From Minisyncoccota bacterium (lineage in GTDB: Bacteria > Patescibacteriota > Minisyncoccia > Phycocordibacterales > UBA9973): a DNA stretch of 64,000 bases. Location: NCBI GenBank assembly GCA_039915165.1, contig JBDSNU010000007.1:113812-177811 (forward strand), given 5' to 3'. The translations under genes were made by a program, and so were the position numbers. The notes under the pieces are model-generated. The model did not search any database, was not told the origin of the DNA, and was given only the letters and a program-made list of their open reading frames with translations. Each line of letters starts with the position of its first letter. Position 1 is the stretch's first letter. Shown here piece by piece: positions 1 through 8,566 of the stretch.

Positions 1-591
1 TTTTGGATTGTCGGCTCGCAGCCATGTTAGACCTTTTTTATCTTTCCATGGTTTTCCTGTAGTTGTATCTTGCAATGCATCCTCAGGGTGAATTGTTGGC
101 CAATACGGATCTTGAAAAACAGCAATACGCCCAATGACATAGATATCTTTATCGTGTAAAGATTTGATCAATGTATCAAGGTGCGCGATACGCTTCGTAC
201 CAACACCACTAGCTGCCAATGTTGGATCTTGTGGTATGTATGACAGTCGTCCTGTAGCATCTTTAATATCAACTACTACTGCATTTACTTTTCCTCCATC
301 TAACAAAGTATTGAGATGGGCCATACTTGAAGGCGTACCAGCACTCCAACTTGAAATATAAATTGCATTAACTTGTGAGGGAGTTTCAATATGACTCACA
401 GGAGGAGTTACGGTCATAGGAACAATGTCCGCTGTTTGTGTAGTGGCAATACTTTCACTTTGTATTTGATTTGCGGGAACAATTGCCGCCGTATTGGTTC
501 GACTATAAAGATGCCATCCATACCCAGTGGCGATAAAAACAACAATGACGATTGCGATGATTCCGGATTTTCCAATGCCCTGTTGTTCCAT
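1..591 (-). CDS. Partial (C-terminus beyond window start) DUF4015-like putative glycoside hydrolase with an N-terminal TM anchor.
   Basis: Hand translation of the minus strand shows an open frame from the ATG at 591-589 to position 1 with no stop. The N-terminal TM helix is MEQQGIGKSGIIAIVIVVFIATGYGW. Motifs AIYISSWSAG and VNAVVVDIKDATGRLSY resemble the DUF4015 TIM-barrel family. It is absent from the ORF track because it has no in-window stop. Confidence 0.5.
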   Translation of the reverse strand, partial: MEQQGIGKSGIIAIVIVVFIATGYGWHLYSRTNTAAIVPANQIQSESIATTQTADIVPMTVTPPVSHIETPSQVNAIYISSWSAGTPSSMAHLNTLLDGGKVNAVVVDIKDATGRLSYIPQDPTLAASGVGTKRIAHLDTLIKSLHDKDIYVIGRIAVFQDPYWPTIHPEDALQDTTTGKPWKDKKGLTWLRADNPK

Positions 592-631
592 AATGTATAC
601 AGCAAGTATACAATCATTATCCAATAAACAA

Positions 632-1117
632 CTAGTCTTGCTCTGCTTCTGCTGCAGCTCGGGCAGCGGCAACTTCTCCTGCGATGCGTTCTAAGTTATC
701 TGCGGGATCAGAATAGTCAGTACCGTCAGGAATATAATCGATAGCTTCTTGCAACTTCTGTTCAGCATTTGGATAATCCTTCAATTGTGCAAAAAGTACT
801 CCCATCGCATTTAAAATATATGAGGCGGTACTATTTTTTTTGAGATATGTCGCTGAGTGAGCAAAGAGTGTTGGTGCTATTTTGCGAAGCTCTTCAAGAT
901 CGGTAACGTGTGACTCTTGTTCTCTAGCATATTTGCCAGCATCCTCGATCAGTACATCAAAAGCTTTACTGTATTGTTCCAGCGCCTCTTCAATATGACC
1001 CTTATCCTGCAAGGTTTGTGCTCGTTCCAAGATTTCTTCTACCGTATTCATAGCCACTATAGTATATGGATATTTGTCCATGCGCAATATCCATCCTGAG
1101 CATTTGTTGAAGGACAT
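632..1117 (-). CDS. Hypothetical helical (TPR-like) protein. The probable start is the internal Met at about 1051.
   Basis: 161-aa ORF with alpha-helical, acidic composition. No recognisable catalytic motif. Confidence 0.35.
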   Translation of the reverse strand: MSFNKCSGWILRMDKYPYTIVAMNTVEEILERAQTLQDKGHIEEALEQYSKAFDVLIEDAGKYAREQESHVTDLEELRKIAPTLFAHSATYLKKNSTASYILNAMGVLFAQLKDYPNAEQKLQEAIDYIPDGTDYSDPADNLERIAGEVAAARAAAEAEQD

Positions 1118-1134
1118 GCTATACTCGCCAAATC

Positions 1135-1944
1135 ATGAAAAACCAGCGCAAAACGCTTCCGATGAATAAATCTTTTGAACACCCTACTCCTCGTAAGGTG
1201 GTTAAACTGGCAAGTACACTTGCACCTGGTCTAGAACGTCTTGAACGAGCAATTGCTCACCAAGGGCTAGCATCACGTCGCGAAGCTAAGGCATTGATCA
1301 CTGAAGGGTCAGTTAAGGTTAATGGCAAAATTATCAAAGAACCAGGATATGGAATAAAGGTGGGTATAGATGTTATTGATATCAAAGGCGGTGTACTACA
1401 AGAAGGCAAAGAATCAGTCTTGGTATACAAACCAAGAAATATTGAAACAAGTCGAACAGATTTTGGTTCTACTGCTGACAAATCTACAAAGAGTAAGGTG
1501 AAAGATTTACATGACTTCTTTCCTAAGTTTAAACACCTAGCTCCAATTGGCCGTCTCGACAAAGAATCAGAAGGGTTGATCATTATGTCGAACGATGGAA
1601 CATTGGCTCGAGCACTCACACAAGAAGACTCTCACGTTGGTAAAAAATATTTAGTAACCGTTCGTGAAAATATTACCGATACTACAATTTCAAAAATGAC
1701 AAAAGGTATCACGCTTGATGGCGTTAAAACAAAACCCGCAGTTATAGAGCGTGCATCACGTAGATCATTTACTATTATTCTTCACGAGGGACGCAAGCAT
1801 CAAATCCGCCGTATGGCCGATGCCTGCCATCTTACCGTTGAAGAACTTATCCGTACCGATATCGGTTCACTAAATATTGGAACAATGAAAGCTGGTTCTG
1901 TAAGAATCCTCGGTGCAGCTGATATTAAGAAATTGAAGAAATAA
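1135..1944 (+). CDS. Pseudouridine synthase, RsuA/RluB family (S4 domain plus catalytic domain).
   Basis: S4-like N-terminus (GLASRREAKALITEGSVKVNGK). The catalytic region LAPIGRLDKESEGLIIMSNDG carries the conserved Asp of the RsuA/RluB family. GRKHQIRRM is present near the C-terminus. Confidence 0.8.
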   Translation: MKNQRKTLPMNKSFEHPTPRKVVKLASTLAPGLERLERAIAHQGLASRREAKALITEGSVKVNGKIIKEPGYGIKVGIDVIDIKGGVLQEGKESVLVYKPRNIETSRTDFGSTADKSTKSKVKDLHDFFPKFKHLAPIGRLDKESEGLIIMSNDGTLARALTQEDSHVGKKYLVTVRENITDTTISKMTKGITLDGVKTKPAVIERASRRSFTIILHEGRKHQIRRMADACHLTVEELIRTDIGSLNIGTMKAGSVRILGAADIKKLKK

Positions 1945-1975
1945 AAATGTGCATTGCCTAGCAATGCACATTTTT
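1943..1975. terminator. Bidirectional intrinsic terminator between the convergent rsuA-like and engB genes.
   Basis: Perfect hairpin tgtgcattgc-cta-gcaatgcaca, flanked by an A5 run and a T5 run. Confidence 0.6.
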
Positions 1976-1976
1976 A

Positions 1977-2543
1977 TTATCCTAATAGCGCCAACACTTC
2001 AGCAATACCAGTTTTTTCTTCCGCAGAAAATGGAATGACTAATTGTCCGTGCAATGTTTCTTTAATTTTTGCCAATACTGCTTGGCGAGTAGACTTCTTA
2101 ACCTTATCAATTTTGTTAGCGAGGATGATGACATCTTTATTGTCTTCAAGTAATGCATCAAGCATTTCTAGATCGGGCTCTGTTGGTCCAACAAATGCAT
2201 CAATGATCAGTACTACTTTCTTTGGCATGATCAACGGATTAAATAAGTAACTTTTGATCACGTCTTCAATTTTGGCACGCTCAACTTTTGAAACTTTGGC
2301 ATACCCATAACCAGGAAGGTCAATCAAATAAAACTTGTTGTTGATCAAGAAGACATTGATCTGACGAGTTCGTCCAGGAAAAGAACTAGTCTTGGCCAAC
2401 CCTTTGACCTTTGTCAGCACATTGATAGTACTCGACTTCCCTACATTAGAACGCCCAATAAAGGCTACCTGCGGAAATTGCAGATCTGTAACCTCGTTAC
2501 CATCTGTAACGCCTTTGATAAATTGTGCTGAAGTAATATTCAT
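1977..2543 (-). CDS. engB: Ribosome biogenesis GTPase YihA/EngB (YsxC).
   Basis: G1 motif GRSNVGKSS, G3 motif DLPGYG and NKIDK are present. The length of 188 aa is typical. Confidence 0.85.
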   Translation of the reverse strand: MNITSAQFIKGVTDGNEVTDLQFPQVAFIGRSNVGKSSTINVLTKVKGLAKTSSFPGRTRQINVFLINNKFYLIDLPGYGYAKVSKVERAKIEDVIKSYLFNPLIMPKKVVLIIDAFVGPTEPDLEMLDALLEDNKDVIILANKIDKVKKSTRQAVLAKIKETLHGQLVIPFSAEEKTGIAEVLALLG

Positions 2544-2601
2544 AGGGTCATACTAGCAGAATACGGAGATTTAGGCGATATAAAGCAATCTCGTAATATA
2601 A

Positions 2602-3684
2602 TTACTGTTTAAATCTTATTTGGAAATTTAAATTCATGAAATTTTCACCATTACTTTCATAAATTTTACCGAATTCATGTCTGCCTGAACTGGGAGTATC
2701 AAAGTATGTATTCTTGTAGAGATAATCTTTAAACTCTTCTCGATTATACACATTATAACAAACCACATCACCATCATTTTTAACAATAATATAACCACCA
2801 TAAGCTTGCATATTTCCTTCCCATATTTTACTTGGCACCATACCCAGAGCAACCGCAACTAAAAACTCTTTCATTTTATGAACAAAAAAGGTTTTAGTTA
2901 TATTTAGTTTGTTATTTAAAGTTTCTTCTTTTTCAATAACATCAACCAGATCTTCAACTGATTTTCCTTTTCCTTGATAATAAGCAAGCAGAACCTCACT
3001 TAACATTTGTGGAAAAATGGAATCTGTCATTTTAAGATTTGATTCAAATTTCTTACTAGATGTTTCAATAAAATTTAATTTTACGCCATTATTAATTATC
3101 GTATTTATTCTATCTTTTATCTTAGATTTTGTTTTAATTGCATTTATTTCTTCAATATTAGGTATTCCTCCTTTTATTAAATAAATAAAATTAGTATGGC
3201 CTGAGGCATTTAATAATGTCGAACCACCTCCAAGCATAGATTTAACGCTAAATCCTAACTTTGTATCTTCAGGGGATATTCTATCTTTTACTGTCATAAT
3301 TAGATCTTCTTTTTTATAACTTGAAGCCTTAACTCTTGTACAATACATTTCGTTCATTAATTCTTCGGCAGTATTCGAAACAAAAGAAGATGAGGATGCA
3401 TTTTTTATCTCGTCAAAAATTTTAAGTGCGCATATCTTCAACTTTTCAGCTTTTATAACTGACAATTGTTCTCCATTTTTGATAATAGAAACTGAGTTTG
3501 AATCATTTGCTATTTCATATATGTATTTTTCTCCAGGGAATTCTTCTCTTATAATATTTAAAACTTCTAAGTATTTTTCTGGAATTCTATTTCGAGCAGA
3601 ATCAGCTGCAAATAATTTACCTTCTGAAAGAATTTTTACTAGTGCATAAAATTCACTCCATTCTCCCTTATTTGCTTTTATCAT
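2602..3684 (-). CDS. Type II restriction endonuclease, probably HpaII family.
   Basis: 360-aa ORF immediately downstream of the m5C MTase, overlapping it by 17 nt. The N-terminal KGEWSEFYALVKILSEGKL is recalled as the HpaII-family signature. Codon usage is AT-rich. Confidence 0.5.
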   Translation of the reverse strand: MIKANKGEWSEFYALVKILSEGKLFAADSARNRIPEKYLEVLNIIREEFPGEKYIYEIANDSNSVSIIKNGEQLSVIKAEKLKICALKIFDEIKNASSSSFVSNTAEELMNEMYCTRVKASSYKKEDLIMTVKDRISPEDTKLGFSVKSMLGGGSTLLNASGHTNFIYLIKGGIPNIEEINAIKTKSKIKDRINTIINNGVKLNFIETSSKKFESNLKMTDSIFPQMLSEVLLAYYQGKGKSVEDLVDVIEKEETLNNKLNITKTFFVHKMKEFLVAVALGMVPSKIWEGNMQAYGGYIIVKNDGDVVCYNVYNREEFKDYLYKNTYFDTPSSGRHEFGKIYESNGENFMNLNFQIRFKQ

Positions 3685-4552
3685 ATTCTTTCATTGACTT
3701 AATTATTTGTTTTGCAACAGCTTGAATTGCTGGAACTGCAACAGAATTTCCGAGCTGTTTCATCGCCTGAGCTTCTGAAACTGGAAATTGGTAGGTTTCA
3801 GGAAAACCCATCATTCTTTTACCTTCCTCAACTGTAATTCTTTTTGCCTTTCCATCTACTAAATAAGTATCCCAGTTTCTACGATCATGTAACCCAGATC
3901 CTCTTCCTCCAACACGTAATGTGTAACCAATATCTTTTTCACAATATGCGCCAAAAATATTAGACATGGTCATTGTTCTTTCTATTGGTTTTGGAAACTC
4001 AAATTTTATTTCTTTATTTTTAAAACCAATCATAAAAAGTCGCGCCCTATGTTGAGGAAGATTAAAGTCAGAAGCTCTAACTATTTTATAATAAAAAGAA
4101 TATCCCAGCTCTTCTTCAATAACTCTTTTTACTTCAGCGAAAGTATTACCGTTATCATGCTTTAAGAAGTGACTTACATTTTCAAGAAAAAATGCTTCTG
4201 GTCTTTTTTCTTTTAAGATTTTTACGATATCATAAAACAAAGTTCCTCGAACATCATCAAATCCTTTTTTCTTTCCCGCATGACTAAATGGCTGGCAAGG
4301 AAACCCTCCAGTGAGGATATTAAAATCGGGTATATTTTTAGGATCAACTTCTTTTATATCTCCAACAAAATTATTACCTTCAAAAATCCACGGTTCTTTC
4401 TTTTTGAAGTTTAGCTGATATGTTTCTCTTGCCTTTTGGTCCAGCTCAGATACAAAGACACATTCAGCTCCAGCATTTGAAAATGCAATATTAAAACCTC
4501 CAATACCCGCAAATAGATCTATAAATTTTATTTTAGAGTTATCTTGTTTCAT
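3668..4552 (-). CDS. DNA (cytosine-5)-methyltransferase.
   Basis: Motif I FAGIGGF, motif IV GGFPCQPFS and motif VI ENV (FFLENVSHF) are present. The C-terminal LGNSVAVP is also present. Confidence 0.85.
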   Translation of the reverse strand: MKQDNSKIKFIDLFAGIGGFNIAFSNAGAECVFVSELDQKARETYQLNFKKKEPWIFEGNNFVGDIKEVDPKNIPDFNILTGGFPCQPFSHAGKKKGFDDVRGTLFYDIVKILKEKRPEAFFLENVSHFLKHDNGNTFAEVKRVIEEELGYSFYYKIVRASDFNLPQHRARLFMIGFKNKEIKFEFPKPIERTMTMSNIFGAYCEKDIGYTLRVGGRGSGLHDRRNWDTYLVDGKAKRITVEEGKRMMGFPETYQFPVSEAQAMKQLGNSVAVPAIQAVAKQIIKSMKEYDKSK

Positions 4553-4707
4553 TAAAGGTAAATAGTATTAAAATATCTCTATAAGTCGATATTCTATTAT
4601 CAGCTGATTATCTCATAAATTCAAGATTTTCTCAATTCATTCGGTGACACTATTAATGAGTATAGTTAGCCAATATATCCTTAAAAGTTTATACTGGATA
4701 TATTATT

Positions 4708-5250
4708 ATGGATGAAAAATATATAATTTTTGAAGGTTTAATTGATCAACAGGCTTCCACCAAACTTGTTGATGCAATTAAGAGCCTGACTAACTCTGGG
4801 GCTACAAAGATAACGATTCTTTTTTCTTCTCTAGGGGGAAGTATTTACGAAGGATTTTTAATCGCTACACTGATTCAAAACTCCCGTATACCAATTAAAA
4901 TTCATGCAACAAACCATATTGACTCAATTGCAAATGTCATCTTTCTTTCAGCAAAAGAAAAAACTGCGGAGTCTCATGCAAAGTTTTATCTTCACGGGGC
5001 AGCTATCCAAGGAAATTTTGATGAGAAAGCACTATTAGAAAAACTATCAGAAATCAGAGCACAAAATACTAGAATTGCTAACTTCGTTTCGGAAAATTCA
5101 TCAATTATATTTAAAAAAGTTCAGGAGATGATGAAAGCTGGAACTACACTATCGACACAAGAAGCCCATAAAAAACAAATGGTTGATAGAATTGAACATT
5201 TAGAAATTCCTGCTTTTGCAGAAAGAATTGAAATAATTTACGTTAACTAA
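4708..5250 (+). CDS. ClpP-like (S14 family) serine peptidase-like protein, standalone.
   Basis: It aligns to ClpP around INSPGG (FSSLGGSIYEG). A candidate triad is Ser in NHIDSIANV, His in KFYLHGA and Asp in QMVD. Confidence 0.55.
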   Translation: MDEKYIIFEGLIDQQASTKLVDAIKSLTNSGATKITILFSSLGGSIYEGFLIATLIQNSRIPIKIHATNHIDSIANVIFLSAKEKTAESHAKFYLHGAAIQGNFDEKALLEKLSEIRAQNTRIANFVSENSSIIFKKVQEMMKAGTTLSTQEAHKKQMVDRIEHLEIPAFAERIEIIYVN

Positions 5251-5617
5251 AATTTTTCTTCCATAAAGCTATTAACACCCTCAAATTGCTCTTATACCTC
5301 AATTCCACATGCCATTTCTTATAGTTCGGTGATTGCTCACCTACTAGATCCCAAAATGCCTGAGAGTGATTGAATTGCTTTAAATGGCAAAGCTCATGAA
5401 TGATCAGATAGTCCTGGGCTTCTGGTTCTAGAAAGAGAATGCGGTAGCTGAAGTTTAGATTACCCTTACTAGAACAACTTCCCCATCGGGTTTTTTGGTT
5501 GCGAATAGAAACGCGGTGATAGGTGAAATTATAATACGCATTGAAGTGTTCCAAGCGCTCATGAACAAGGATGCGGGCCTGCTCTTTGTATTTATTGTAG
5601 AAGGTATTTCGAAGCAT
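5243..5617 (-). CDS. YgjP/DUF45 (WLM-like) zinc metallohydrolase.
   Basis: HExxH is present in IIHELCHLKQFNHSQAFW, the typical YgjP family motif. Confidence 0.7.
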   Translation of the reverse strand: MLRNTFYNKYKEQARILVHERLEHFNAYYNFTYHRVSIRNQKTRWGSCSSKGNLNFSYRILFLEPEAQDYLIIHELCHLKQFNHSQAFWDLVGEQSPNYKKWHVELRYKSNLRVLIALWKKNFS

Positions 5618-5659
5618 TGAGACCTAATAGTCCCATACTTTGAGGATTTTCAAAAGCAA

Positions 5660-6862
5660 ATGCAAATATGCTATGGTTGTGGGTATATGAAGGAATTCAC
5701 ATTTTCTCAGCCGGTGAACATTGATACATTGCCGGCCACACTTTCCCAGCTAACCGGGTCACCGATAATTACTGGGGGCACTATCGATATATTAAACAAT
5801 GGTGATGAATTTTTTCCGTCACTATATACAGATCTCGAGGGCGCCAAAACTTCCATTGAGTTCAGTGTATACATTTGGAAGAAAGGTGTAGTAAGCACCA
5901 AAGTATGTAACCTTCTGATACAAAAAGCAAAACAAGGTGTACAAGTAAGACTATTACTTGATAGTTTTGGCGCACAACATACACCTGCAAATAAAATTGC
6001 TGAACTTAAAAAAGCAGGCGGAATGGTAGCGTGGTATCACCCGTTAAAATTTGGACTATTAATGAAGTTTTTCAAGCGTAACCATAGTCGATCTATCACG
6101 ATAGACAATACAATCTCATATACAGGGGGCATGGCAATTGCAGACTATTGGCTTGGTCATGCACAAGATAAGAATCATTGGAGAGATATCATGTTTCGCT
6201 TGAAAGGCCCCATCATCCATTCTGTTCAAGAGGCATTTACAAATATCTGGACTAGTGTTACCGGAGAAATACTTGTCGCTTCCCCCATCACTACACCGCC
6301 TGGAAATGAAATGCTTTCAATTGGTTATGTGAACGCATCTCCTGACCAAGATATGGAGCAACTATCTGCATTTTTCGCTACCACTATTGCTGCTGCCCGA
6401 GTATCAATAGATATTGTTACTCCTTATCTTATTCTTCAACCTCGGTTGAAAAAACAACTTATCAACGCAGTTCAACGAGGTGTGACAGTTCGCCTCTTAC
6501 TCCCCGGAAGATATATTGATTCAAAGATTGTGCAAGCAGCAAGTCAATATTCGTACAATGCATTACTCAGAGGCGGAATAAAAATTTTTGAATACAAGCC
6601 AACTATGATCCATGCAAAACTCTTGGTAGTTGATGGAGTATGGTCAATAATCGGTTCTGCCAATATCGACACGCGATCAACTTTTTATAATGTTGAAAAC
6701 AATATTGGTATAGCTGATGAGAAGTTTGCGGCCAAATTACAATCTATCATTCATGTTGAGATTACTAATGCTAGAGAAATTAAGGTCCGTAGATGGCAGC
6801 GTCGCTTTATATTTAGGAAAATCGCAGAATTTTTTGCTACCATTCCTGACGAGCAGTTTTAA
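5660..6862 (+). CDS. Phospholipase D / cardiolipin synthase family protein (ClsB-like, no TM segment).
   Basis: Second HKD motif is HAKLLVVDGVWSIIGSANID. The first motif is degenerate (NHSRSITIDNTISYTGGMAIAD). The alternative start is MKEF at 5687. Confidence 0.7.
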   Translation: MQICYGCGYMKEFTFSQPVNIDTLPATLSQLTGSPIITGGTIDILNNGDEFFPSLYTDLEGAKTSIEFSVYIWKKGVVSTKVCNLLIQKAKQGVQVRLLLDSFGAQHTPANKIAELKKAGGMVAWYHPLKFGLLMKFFKRNHSRSITIDNTISYTGGMAIADYWLGHAQDKNHWRDIMFRLKGPIIHSVQEAFTNIWTSVTGEILVASPITTPPGNEMLSIGYVNASPDQDMEQLSAFFATTIAAARVSIDIVTPYLILQPRLKKQLINAVQRGVTVRLLLPGRYIDSKIVQAASQYSYNALLRGGIKIFEYKPTMIHAKLLVVDGVWSIIGSANIDTRSTFYNVENNIGIADEKFAAKLQSIIHVEITNAREIKVRRWQRRFIFRKIAEFFATIPDEQF

Positions 6863-8548
6863 TTATTTATTATTCTTTGCAGCAATCACTGCTCTCGCGA
6901 GACGAAGTGTGTCGAAGGTATATTTGCCATCTAAGTGATTGTAAACAGGAGAAAGTAATGTCGTATCGCAGGCTGAAAAAGCGACAGTTATAGTTGGTAA
7001 TGCTTTTTGTAATTTTGCATCAACAAAATGAGCGATATTTTCGTAATTGAGTTTTTTAAGAATAATCAACTTTTCAATATGATCAAGAATTGTCGTCGCT
7101 ACCATTTTGCGCGCTTTGGCGATTTCAGATAATGACTTCCCTTCTAAGACTAAATCTTTTGTTAGGTCTAATGTGTCCTTCTTTTCTATTTTTTCAGACT
7201 TACCTTTTTTGGCCTCTAACGTACCTCCTGCAGCCAAAATGAAATTCTTGTGCATTGTTTCAATATCTTCTGGTTCAATATTGGCAAAAATACCCTGTGC
7301 TGAATCCGATTGCTCATGAAAGATTTGATCTTCTTGGAGAATTCGAGGGTGCACTTGAAATGTTTGCGCATTCCAACCTGCAAGATATAAACCGCTCAAT
7401 GTACGGACACGAGAAAGCGCCACATACCCTTGGCCGAATTCAAATACCTGACGCAGGTCCATCATGGCATTGTCGAGTGATAACCCTTGGCTTTTGTGAA
7501 TGGTAATTGCCCATGCTAAGCGTAACGGTATTTGCCCAATAGTTGCTTTGACCTTGCCATCTTCTTCAATCGTCCAATCCATAGGCTCAATAGTAATTTC
7601 TTCACGATTTTTAGTTTGGATGATGGGATATTTAGTGCCAGTTTCAAAACGCATTACAGTACCAGTGGTACCGTTTACATACCCTTTTTGCATATTATTT
7701 TTTGTACACATAACTGCAACTCCGATTTTCAAATCTAACCGTTCAGGAGAAAGACAGCCTTTTTTCAAACTAGCTACAAGTGACTCCGAGCCTTTACTAA
7801 ACATTGTGTATGTATTTGTTGGACCATCGATCGCATTTAGCGCAGCGGTATTGATAGCATCAACATCAGCATTGTGTGCATACAATCGAGTCATGTTTTC
7901 TGTGTCATCAAAAGAATCACTATCACTAATGAGTCTTTGTTCTAAATGAATCATGTGGTCATCCATGCGTTCATTGCGACGGATGGCTGAGAGCAAATGT
8001 AAAAATGTTTCATCACTTTGACGGTGTTGTTCTGTAAGATAACACACTAGTGGCTTCATTTCTTTCCATACACGCGCTTCAAATGCAAATGGTACAACAT
8101 CACCATATCGTGAAATCGGTGGCAGTTGAAAAAAGTCGCCAACCAAAACAACTTGTATACCACCAAATGGTTCTGGAGATTGCTTGATTGTTTTACATAC
8201 TGCATCCACTAGATCTAATGTAAATCCATCAATCATAGACACTTCGTCAATAATCAACACTTTTGTTTTATTGATACGTCGTACTAGATATTCTGTAGTC
8301 GATAATTTATCTAAATCGTATGGTGACAATGTTTTGCGAATACCAATACCACTCCATGAGTGTATGGTTTGCCCTTGAATATGAGTTGCTGCAATACCAG
8401 TTGAAGCAGTAATTGCCGGTTCAATGCCATGCTCTTTTAAATAAGAAACAAAGGCATTAATTGTGAAGGTTTTACCTGCACCTGGCTCCCCTGTCAAAAA
8501 GACGCTTGCCCCAGTCTTTAATATCGTTAATGCTTGATTTTGGGTCAT
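6863..8548 (-). CDS. RecD/Pif1-like ATP-dependent DNA helicase with a C-terminal helix-rich domain.
   Basis: Walker A GEPGAGKT and Walker B LIIDEVSMI are present, and the AAA_30/UvrD_C_2-like arrangement is seen. Confidence 0.7.
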   Translation of the reverse strand: MTQNQALTILKTGASVFLTGEPGAGKTFTINAFVSYLKEHGIEPAITASTGIAATHIQGQTIHSWSGIGIRKTLSPYDLDKLSTTEYLVRRINKTKVLIIDEVSMIDGFTLDLVDAVCKTIKQSPEPFGGIQVVLVGDFFQLPPISRYGDVVPFAFEARVWKEMKPLVCYLTEQHRQSDETFLHLLSAIRRNERMDDHMIHLEQRLISDSDSFDDTENMTRLYAHNADVDAINTAALNAIDGPTNTYTMFSKGSESLVASLKKGCLSPERLDLKIGVAVMCTKNNMQKGYVNGTTGTVMRFETGTKYPIIQTKNREEITIEPMDWTIEEDGKVKATIGQIPLRLAWAITIHKSQGLSLDNAMMDLRQVFEFGQGYVALSRVRTLSGLYLAGWNAQTFQVHPRILQEDQIFHEQSDSAQGIFANIEPEDIETMHKNFILAAGGTLEAKKGKSEKIEKKDTLDLTKDLVLEGKSLSEIAKARKMVATTILDHIEKLIILKKLNYENIAHFVDAKLQKALPTITVAFSACDTTLLSPVYNHLDGKYTFDTLRLARAVIAAKNNK

Positions 8549-8566
8549 TAGGTCTTGATTGTAACA

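Noticed and set aside
391-627. Short plus and minus strand ORFs (164-361, 391-627, 414-617).
   Set aside because: They are fully overlapped by the open DUF4015-like frame on the minus strand (1-591), which has clear family motifs and an N-terminal TM helix. The small ORFs have no features.
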